DNA from: a virus
IMG/VR virus record: IMGVR_UViG_3300005844_000002
Location: 3,963 to 67,962 of that record
Length of the DNA stretch: 64,000 bases
Reading direction: 5' to 3' (one strand)
The notes beneath the pieces are model-generated. The model saw only the letters and a program-made list of their open reading frames with translations, did no database searches and was not told where the DNA came from. Of this stretch, positions 43,241 to 51,900 are shown piece by piece. Positions within the stretch are counted from its first letter, which is position 1; the number at the start of each line of letters is the position of its first letter. Both the position numbers and the translations under genes were made by a program.

Positions 43241-44208
43241 AATCGAGTAGTAGCACATCTCTCAAAAAGCTTTCCCCCTATGCACCAAGGGTGGTATCGC
43301 TTAACTACGTAGCTTTCCCGATAGACAATAACGCATTGATTGGAAACGTTCCTCCTGACGGAACAGTTTCAATTCGTTGCAGAAACAGGACTGGAACCGC
43401 TACGCTATGTGGATTTCCTGAATTTACGACGCCAAGCACTCCTCCAAAGAAGTACAAAACAAATACGAATTCTGGAAAGATTCTTATCTGTATTCACGGA
43501 GAACCGGATTGTACCGTAGCTATCGGAACAACAGATTCCTACGACTACGACAACGCTGAAACATGGCAGTACGATGTATCTAACTGTACTGTAAACACAT
43601 CACATTACACTCATTACGTTATAGATGGGCCAGACTTAACTTGCGTCTGGAGTAACACTGGAACCCCGCACGTAGAGGTCAATGGAGTCGGTGCGATTGG
43701 AGATCCAGAAGAGATTCATCCCGGCTACACTATATTTAGAAGCCCTACGGTATATAATTACGTTCCAAATACTTCTTATTGTCAGCAAATATTCCCATAT
43801 AATTTAAGTTTTTCCGGAGAACAATTTCAAACCCTAAGCAATGAGGACACGGAAGAAGACGCAATCGAAAGAGTTTTTCCAGATCCCGACGCAGGCTGGT
43901 CTGCATTTCAATCTCCAGAGGGTGAGGGTTGTTGCACTACGTCTAGGCAGCTTAGGGCAGCTGATAGTTTTAGCCTAAGTTTTAGGCAGGTTGAGTTTAA
44001 AGTAGATGGTGAGGGATGGGCGTTTAACCCAACCATCAACGTTGTGGTATATCGCAGGCTTATAGGCAGTATTGATTGGGAAAACTGGCAGACACTGACA
44101 TACACACCTACAGTAGTTGGTGGAGGCTTTTCTTTCATTGATTCGGTTCCTGAGTTGGTCGGTTACGAAACCTATGTATCTGCACCAGGAACGTGTGCTC
44201 CTTTGTGA
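43237..44208 (+). CDS. Cys-containing virion protein
   Basis: 323 aa, beta-rich, in the tail operon. Confidence 0.6.
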   Translation: MKSSSSTSLKKLSPYAPRVVSLNYVAFPIDNNALIGNVPPDGTVSIRCRNRTGTATLCGFPEFTTPSTPPKKYKTNTNSGKILICIHGEPDCTVAIGTTDSYDYDNAETWQYDVSNCTVNTSHYTHYVIDGPDLTCVWSNTGTPHVEVNGVGAIGDPEEIHPGYTIFRSPTVYNYVPNTSYCQQIFPYNLSFSGEQFQTLSNEDTEEDAIERVFPDPDAGWSAFQSPEGEGCCTTSRQLRAADSFSLSFRQVEFKVDGEGWAFNPTINVVVYRRLIGSIDWENWQTLTYTPTVVGGGFSFIDSVPELVGYETYVSAPGTCAPL

Positions 44209-44214
44209 AAAGCC

Positions 44215-44421
44215 ATGCGACTAAAACCCTCAAAAGTTGTGTTTCACGCAAGCTCTAAAAATATTGGTCTAGGTGATGCTGTTGAAGCTATTGCTAAACC
44301 CATAGCCCGCACCATAGACGCATTGATTGGATCTAAAATTCAGGAATGCGGAGCCTGTCAAAAGAGAAAAGACTCTCTTAACAAGGTAATGCCTAATATC
44401 TCAAATCGTTTCTCAAAATAA
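44215..44421 (+). CDS. Small conserved phage protein
   Basis: GLGDAVE...CGACQKRKDSLNK. Confidence 0.75.
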   Translation: MRLKPSKVVFHASSKNIGLGDAVEAIAKPIARTIDALIGSKIQECGACQKRKDSLNKVMPNISNRFSK

Positions 44422-44461
44422 GGTTGAGAAAATAACCTAAGTGCCCCAAACAACATAGTCA

Positions 44462-45442
44462 ATGGCCACAGTGATCCCAGTTTCTTTTCGAGTTGCGCCG
44501 TTTCCTGATAACGCTGATTACACGCCGCAGGAGTTCGCCGATGCGCTAGTGGCCAGACTTTCGATAGAATCACCGACTACGATATCTTTCTTCGTTTCGG
44601 GACCAACCGCACCCACAAGCAACGTAGGCCCGTGGCTTAAGAATGGAGTTACTTGGTACGTTTGGGATACGCCAACGGCTTCATATGTTCCTCAGGTAAT
44701 TGAGAGCCAGAGCCTAAGATACATATTTCAGAACGGCGCACCGGATCACAATTTTTACACATTTTGGGGAAGTCTTAACGGAACCGGAAAGGCCCAGTCT
44801 ATCCAATACTTTTGGAACGGAGATTGGCACGATGTCTACGAGGACACGTTCGCCCTTTATACGCCAACCACGGGGATGAACACGGCGATAGACACAAAAA
44901 TCGCTGCTGCGCTAGTCCCCTATTCAACTACGACCCAAATGAATACGGCCATCCAGGCTGCTGTTCAAGGTGTAGCCTTCGGTAAGGGCGCGTTCCAGGT
45001 TGTCATGGGGTCATCTCAACATCAGGCTATTGCTGTTTCTGATAGCGGCACGATTACGCCTATCTTCAACGTGGTCGCAGCAGATCCAGACGGCTGCTTC
45101 TCAGGCAACAAATATACCTGCCCAGCCAACGGCTACTACATCTTCAACGTCATCCTTCAGGTAAATGCAGATGACTCGAACACAACTGACCTTGGAACTA
45201 TCTGCAATATCCTTAAAAACGCTGGGGTAGGAATTGCTGGAAATGTACTTCAATCTCAAGCCGATCCATCGGCAGCAATGGCCCAAGCGGTAACGGTGGG
45301 GCCAGTTCTCATGAATATTGGAGACCAAGTTTACGTTACCCTGGATTATACGATCACGGTAACGGCCCCGTCTGGAATCTTGGTTGGTGGCGGCGGTCCT
45401 GCCGGGGCACAGTTTAGCGGCCTAATGGTTCGAAGCGCATGA
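44462..45442 (+). CDS. Fibre with a C1q-like tip
   Basis: GPTAPTSNVGPW; FN....D..GCF...YTCPANGYY.F; FSG. Confidence 0.7.
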   Translation: MATVIPVSFRVAPFPDNADYTPQEFADALVARLSIESPTTISFFVSGPTAPTSNVGPWLKNGVTWYVWDTPTASYVPQVIESQSLRYIFQNGAPDHNFYTFWGSLNGTGKAQSIQYFWNGDWHDVYEDTFALYTPTTGMNTAIDTKIAAALVPYSTTTQMNTAIQAAVQGVAFGKGAFQVVMGSSQHQAIAVSDSGTITPIFNVVAADPDGCFSGNKYTCPANGYYIFNVILQVNADDSNTTDLGTICNILKNAGVGIAGNVLQSQADPSAAMAQAVTVGPVLMNIGDQVYVTLDYTITVTAPSGILVGGGGPAGAQFSGLMVRSA

Positions 45443-46056
45443 TCAAGTCCTACCAAGTTTTTGATAATTTCTTAGACACGTCTGTCCTAGATGTGCCAAG
45501 CTTGGTGCGCGACTCGGCTATTCATGCGGGCTTTGGAAACTGGACTCCAGGAAAAGACGAAACCTCGGCCAGCCTAGACGGCATGGGCTTTGGCGGAAAT
45601 CACGCTATTCTCACAAAAGCGCTAATGAACGCTACGGGAGTTATCGCTGTTCCAAACCTGACGCATTTTCGGCTAACGACGAAGCACACGGAGCGCGCCA
45701 CGATTCACTCGGACGCACATGCCGGACCATACACCTGCATAGCCTACCTTACGCAGAATAAAAACCAAGGAGCTACGGCATTCTGGAGACATAAAGAAAC
45801 CGGCCTAACCGGCTTGCCCCTTGATCTTAATCATCTCAATCAAGAGACCGCTGCAATGCTCCGCGATGACATGGCGAAAAGCAGCATGGAAGACTGGGAA
45901 ATTACCGACATCGTTAAGGGCGAGTACAACCGGGCGCTAGTTTTTAATGCGCCGCTTTTTCACTGCCGATATCCAATGGAAGATCCGGGCACAGATCTTG
46001 AATCGGGTCGTTTAGTCTGGATTTGCCACTACTTTAACCTGCAGGAGATGAAATGA
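45439..46056 (+). CDS. 2OG-Fe(II) oxygenase (DUF6445-like)
   Basis: FDNFL, IHSD (HxD), YLT...GATAFW, YNRALVF...FH, R. Confidence 0.8.
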   Translation: MIKSYQVFDNFLDTSVLDVPSLVRDSAIHAGFGNWTPGKDETSASLDGMGFGGNHAILTKALMNATGVIAVPNLTHFRLTTKHTERATIHSDAHAGPYTCIAYLTQNKNQGATAFWRHKETGLTGLPLDLNHLNQETAAMLRDDMAKSSMEDWEITDIVKGEYNRALVFNAPLFHCRYPMEDPGTDLESGRLVWICHYFNLQEMK

Positions 46057-46523
46057 GCGCCATAGAACTCACCGACTCTGAGAAGATCATGCGAGCGGTT
46101 AACTCATCAAAGATCAACCGTCTTGAGGCATTAATGCAGGCAGGCTATCCTCCAGTCTACCCAGAGGTCACGCACCACTTCACCAAAGGCGACGGGGTAA
46201 ACGGAAAGATGTACGTTAGATCAATCCTAATGAAAAAGGGTATATGCGTTACTTCGAAAGTGCACATGTGGGAACATCCCTTCTTTGTTATGACCGGGTC
46301 TATGACCTGGTTCAATGAAGTCGAGGGTATGGACGAAGCTGTTCACATTCAGGCTCCTTACTTCGGTATAACTAAACCTGGAACACGCCGCGCTATTCTA
46401 ATTCATGAGGACGTTATTATGACCGCTTGCTATGCTACCGACCTAGAAGATGTGGCGGCGATTGAGCGGACAATAATCTATCCACACGAAGTTCCGCCCA
46501 ACACTTTTGAACTGACACAATGA
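46053..46523 (+). CDS. Cupin-fold protein
   Basis: HHF...YVRSI..KG...SKVHMWEH, APY....PGTRR. Confidence 0.75.
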   Translation: MSAIELTDSEKIMRAVNSSKINRLEALMQAGYPPVYPEVTHHFTKGDGVNGKMYVRSILMKKGICVTSKVHMWEHPFFVMTGSMTWFNEVEGMDEAVHIQAPYFGITKPGTRRAILIHEDVIMTACYATDLEDVAAIERTIIYPHEVPPNTFELTQ

Positions 46524-47815
46524 AACGATTTAAACAGGCGCATCAGAAACATACCGAAGAGATTGTTTCTAGTTATAGTTTACAACAGCAACAAGTATGG
46601 GTCGCTGCCGGCGTAGCGGTGGTCGGAGCCGTAGCCGGAGGCGTACAGTCGGCAGATGCGTCGCGTAAGGCACGGCACGCGGCACAAGACGCAGCTAAAG
46701 CGGGTAAGGTAGACATCGACGCTGTAGGACAACAAGCAACAGATCAGGCGCTACAGAACTACAAGACTTCACGAGCGCTAGAACAGCAGTACACGCCGGA
46801 GGTTGCGAATCTTAGAACTAATTCGGTTCAGGATTTATTGGCCGCGCTTGGGCCAAATCAGTACAACCAGAGAGCGGGGCAGATCCTACTTAATCAGTCG
46901 AATAATCCTGCCGCGAATTTCACGGCTGCGACCCCAGAAGGTCTACAGGCTGCGGCAAACGCAGCGCAAGCTAATCTCGCTTCAGGTAATACTCTTCCAA
47001 CAGCCAGACTCTCTACAGAGATGAGTAACTTGGCGACGCGAAATGCGCTAGCTAATGCAGGAAACACTGCTCCTGGGTCTCTCTCTTTGGGCCGCGATTT
47101 GACCGCTCGTGATCTTGGGCTAACGAGTCTTCAGCTAGGCCAGCAAGCGCAGCAGAACTTACTTAACCAGATCAATAGCGCGGCGAGCACGGGACAAGCG
47201 CTGGGTAACTTTAATCTCGCGAACAACCAGCAGCAGATTGGGCAGAGCCAATTTGCGCAACAGAACGCACTTCAGCAAGCAGCAGCGTTACAAGCTTTGA
47301 GTGCAGGAGATTTTGCAAAGTATCTGAGTGCAGCCCAGTTTGGGCAGAGCATCCAGTCGCCTATTGTCGGATTGGATCCGAGCGCGGTAGCTAATCTGAG
47401 TGTTGGCAACTCTAATTTGGCGGCGAACGCGGGGCAGCAGTCGGCCCAGTTCCAGGCGCAGCAGGGGAACAACTATGCTCAACTTCTCGGCCAACTTGGC
47501 GGCGTGGGGGCAGGTGCTATTTCGAGCTACAATAAGCAATCTTCTCAACCAGCAGTTCAGTACACGCCTGGATCTACGAACAGCAGTGGAGGGTTTGACT
47601 ATTCGTCAGTAGCTATCTGCTGGGTGGCGAGGGAATGTCTAGGAACGGAAACGGATGATTGGAAGGATTTCCGTAACTACATGCTTACCCACATGGATCA
47701 ATCCTTCATCGAGTTCTATACCTTGCACGGCCAGGAGATTGCTGAGAAGATCCATGATGATGATCTCACCAAGCACTTCATTCGCGGTCTAATGGTTCAG
47801 CTTAAAAAGAAATAA
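46520..47815 (+). CDS. Internal virion/ejection protein
   Basis: WVAAGVAVVGAVAGG TM, A/Q-rich body, C-terminal CWVARE motif. Confidence 0.7.
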   Translation: MKRFKQAHQKHTEEIVSSYSLQQQQVWVAAGVAVVGAVAGGVQSADASRKARHAAQDAAKAGKVDIDAVGQQATDQALQNYKTSRALEQQYTPEVANLRTNSVQDLLAALGPNQYNQRAGQILLNQSNNPAANFTAATPEGLQAAANAAQANLASGNTLPTARLSTEMSNLATRNALANAGNTAPGSLSLGRDLTARDLGLTSLQLGQQAQQNLLNQINSAASTGQALGNFNLANNQQQIGQSQFAQQNALQQAAALQALSAGDFAKYLSAAQFGQSIQSPIVGLDPSAVANLSVGNSNLAANAGQQSAQFQAQQGNNYAQLLGQLGGVGAGAISSYNKQSSQPAVQYTPGSTNSSGGFDYSSVAICWVARECLGTETDDWKDFRNYMLTHMDQSFIEFYTLHGQEIAEKIHDDDLTKHFIRGLMVQLKKK

Positions 47816-47816
47816 C

Positions 47817-48917
47817 ATGCCTACGACAAGTGGCTTCGGTGTTCAGGTTATGCCTTCGATCCAGTTCGCAGATGGAGCGCAATTGGCTGGGCGCGGACCG
47901 GGCGAAGCGATTGCTGGGTTTAACTCTGGCATTGGACTGGTAAACGCTATCCAGAATACGCGGCAGAAAGCTATTCTTGCGCCGATTGAGCAAGAAGCTG
48001 CGAGAGCACGCTTGGCGCAGATCCAGGCCGAAACTGAGTTGGCTCAGGCCCAAGCACCATACCGTGCCGCATTGGCTAGGATTGAAACGGCCAAAGCGAG
48101 CCAGCCATTCAGGACAAAGCAGGGCGAATCCATTGTTCAGGTTCCTAGGTTGGATGCGAACGGACAACCTACGGGTCAATTTGACCAAGTGATTCAGGAA
48201 AGCGGCGTTCAGTACGATCCGGTTACTGGCACGAACAGCCCATATACAGCAAACATGAAGCCGCTGGTTACGGCGGAAACTGCGGCGCTAAATAATTCCC
48301 TTATAGGTTCTCGACAATCTACTGCGGAATATCAGCAAGACCAAGCTGCTGCGAGAGCCGAGGCTAACAGAATTGCTGCGCTTAACGCTCAGACCAATCA
48401 GGATCGGGCTAAGGCTCAGGCTGACTTGTATGCTCAGAGAATCAACCATTACAAGGCCCTTGAGGCGCAAGGTAAGGTTCAGATCTTTCAGACAGTAGAC
48501 GCCAATGGCAATTTGGTTCTAAATCCCGTAGACGTTAAAACGCGGCAGGCACTCCCTCCTATCAGTCTGAACGCTAAACCGAATCGTTCGGTTGATCCAC
48601 TTGCGTCGATGATGTCAGGAGATGGTAAGGTGGGTGCTGTTAAGCCGAAGAGTGAGAGCATGGCAACAGCAGCCACGAATTGGGTTAAGAATAAAATCAA
48701 TTCATTCACTTCGCCGTCTCCCGCTGCGGATCAACCAGTGACGACGCTTCCGGTTATACCGGCTGGTCCCGTTGGACAAGCATCAGCTAATCCTGCCCCC
48801 CCAGATATTCCAGATGACAGCGAGATTGATAATCTCCTCGGGTTTAATCCGACTCCAGTAGCTCAGCCTAACGCAGCTCCCGCGTCGCCCTACAAAATTC
48901 GTGTGGTTAAACCATAA
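47817..48917 (+). CDS. Internal virion/ejection protein
   Basis: A/Q/P-rich, second of three. Confidence 0.65.
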   Translation: MPTTSGFGVQVMPSIQFADGAQLAGRGPGEAIAGFNSGIGLVNAIQNTRQKAILAPIEQEAARARLAQIQAETELAQAQAPYRAALARIETAKASQPFRTKQGESIVQVPRLDANGQPTGQFDQVIQESGVQYDPVTGTNSPYTANMKPLVTAETAALNNSLIGSRQSTAEYQQDQAAARAEANRIAALNAQTNQDRAKAQADLYAQRINHYKALEAQGKVQIFQTVDANGNLVLNPVDVKTRQALPPISLNAKPNRSVDPLASMMSGDGKVGAVKPKSESMATAATNWVKNKINSFTSPSPAADQPVTTLPVIPAGPVGQASANPAPPDIPDDSEIDNLLGFNPTPVAQPNAAPASPYKIRVVKP

Positions 48918-51900
48918 TGCCTACTTATGAGGTAACAGGCCCCTCCGGTACGGTCATTGAAATGGAGGGAGCGAATCCGCCTAGCCAAGCGGATATTGAT
49001 GCCGCGTTTGCGAGTATCCAAAAAACGGCAGTGCCTGCTACCCAAGCGTCGTCTGGTGGCTCGGATCTCGCACGGATGGCGAGCGCGGCCTATAGCGCAC
49101 CAGCTCCCAACATCGGAGCGAATCTAAACCTTCGTGATGCGCGTGCGGCAGGAGGGCAGACCTTAAGCTTATCGCAGGCTAGCCCGATTGCTCGTGAACG
49201 TGCGTATGATGTTCTCGGCGGACTTACCGGCCAAGGAGGATCTGAAGCCGCGCAGTTCACCAAGGAATTCAGGGCAGCTCCAGTTGGTCAAGCATTTCAA
49301 GACCGAGATCTAGGCGCTATCGTTAAGACTGGCGACAATACCTTTAGGCGTGTTGGCACGGCTCCGCAGCGCGATCAAACGGCAGGGGATATTTCTACCC
49401 AACTTTTAAATCAGGTATCCAACGCAGATATCGGTGGCGCTTTTAGTACGCTTCAACCCGGATTTAACCGAGCTGGTAATCTGGCTGTCCGTAGCGGTGG
49501 ATTGGTTGCGTCAACGCTTGCTCCAGAGCTTAGACTCCCAGGGCTTATTCTTGGATCTACGGGTGAACTAGCGGGCCAAGCAATCGACGCTGAAAGCGCG
49601 GGGCAAGATCCACTCAATTGGCGTAACTACAGTTTACCAGGTATAGTTGGTGCTGGGCTAGTGAGTACAGTGGGATCTGGCGCTACCGCTCCTACGCTTA
49701 GGCAGGCAGCAGCGCAAGGCATCCTTGAGGGCGGCGCGCTTGAGGCTCCATATCAACTATCGAGTTTAACGGCTGGCCCAACGCAGGCTGAGATTGATCC
49801 TAATACGGGACTACCTATTGGCGCAGCTAAATACGAAGGAAACGCTACGGATCTACTGCCTACGCTAGCAATGGGCCTAGGCGCTCGTGGAGGTCACGCT
49901 ATTGCGAACGCTATTTCTGACCTAAGGAATCCTCGTTTGCCGCAAATTGAGTCTGCTCCAGCTAGCTACACGGACCAAGGAATAATCAATGCTCAGGCGG
50001 CGCGGCAAGCTGAAGGAAACGCGGCGCTCGCTGACGCATTTCAAGGGGAGCAACGAGCGCTACAGGGCATAGATACAGGCTATCAGAATGCCGTAGAGCT
50101 ACAGGCTCCAGTCCAAGCGCAGAACGTTTTGGATGCCGCCGAAGCACAAGGAGCAGTTAACGCACAAAGACAGGGTGCGATTCTGGATAACCCGGCTACG
50201 CCGCAAAGTGCTCAAGCACTTCGAGAGCAATTAGCACTTGAGCAGCAAGCGGCTGATCGTGCGGTGCAGCAGCAGAATATTTTGAGACAGGCGTCTGGCC
50301 TAGATTTACAGGAAGCAATGCGGGCTAATCAGATTCAGCCTAGCACGCTTACACCGATTGAAACCTCCCCTCAAGAACTGGCAGCTAGGCAGATTAGAGA
50401 ACTGGACGCTCAACGAGCTACCGCGCTTCCGTTAAACGCTGAGCTTTCATCTCAGGCCAATAGGATGAACGAGCAATACGGGCGGGCGCTTCCTATTGCT
50501 CTTCCGACAATTGCTGGCGTAGGTGTTGGTGGAGCTATTGGATCAACGCAAGGCGATACACCACAAGAGCGATTTCAAAATACGGTTCTTGGTGCTGTTG
50601 GCGGTGGTCTGCTTGGCGCGGGCGGAACGGCTGCTGCACGGCTAGCTCAGCCCGAGCTTAACGCGGGCGAACAGGTCTTGGCCAAGGCGGCTAAACCACC
50701 GAGTCTAGCCAACATTGTAGCTGAAACTGCTTCTCACGTTGAAGGAAGTCCTGCTAGTACGCAGGCCGCAGCTAATGCGCTCACTCAGACTCCAAAGCTG
50801 CCTACGATCGCTGAGGCTACCGCGCAGCAATCGGCATTGGTTCAAGGTCTTAAGGAGATGGGGTATAGCGATAACGACATTGTCGATATAAAACGTAACA
50901 ACACACCTGAAAAAATCAGTGAAACCATTAATCGTAACCCTAGTAACACTAGGGTCGCAATATTGGACGAAGAGGGGAATGTTGTTGGTCAAAGCGAAGA
51001 CCTATTCCAAAAAATTAAGGCATATAAAAGCGCGTATCCGTCCGAGATGACTGGAGAAGAATTTAATCGTCTACGCCAACAAGATCAAATTGGAGGAAAT
51101 CAAAATGCCATTCAAAAGCAAAGCGCAACAAGCAAAGTGTTACGTCCTGAAAGCACAGGGCAAAGCGGGAAATTGGAACTGCCTAGCGTGGAGCCACGAA
51201 ACGCCCAATCAGAAATCGTTGCCGGAACACAAGCCCTCGACCAAGCAATCCAAAACATCGAACAAGCACCGCCGCTAAAGCCGCTGCCCGAAGACACAGA
51301 GTTTCTATATGAACAGAAGTATGACACCAAGTCAGGGCCAAAGTCCGAGCGGTATTACCAGGTTGACCGAACTCCCGACAATCCAAGAGGAAGAACAGTT
51401 GATGAAGCAACCCTGCGCTCGGAAGGGTACGATACTTCTGGACTCCCAGGACCCGAAGAGAATTCAGCAAATTCTGGATCTTCTCAATTCTCGGGTGCTA
51501 TTGGAGCTGGCGGAACTCAAGGCGCAGTCACAGGAAAAGCGTTAGGCATACTTGCGGGCGGCGCTACCGGCGGCACGTTGGGATTCCTTGGGTCCAACGA
51601 AAAAGACGATAAGCTAGTTCACACTGTAGCTGGTGCGATCATTGGCGGAATCGGCGCTGCTGCTTTGATGAAAGGAGCAGACGCCATAACCAGGGCCAAG
51701 GTTGGGCAAGAGCTAGATGTTCTTCGCCGCAACATCATCAATGAGAATATCCCGCGTTTAAGGAACGCGTCGGAAGAATCTGCTAATGCTGTGTTTCGTT
51801 ACGCCAATGCGCCACAGGCTGCCGAGGACGTAGCGAAAGACATGCAGGCTAGAGTGCTTGGAAGTCAGTACAAAAGCCCGGAGTTTTCAAAGAAGCTCGG

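Noticed and set aside
51309-51545. Second nested ORF in the ejection gene
   Set aside because: No SD and no recognisable motif, unlike 51105-51278.
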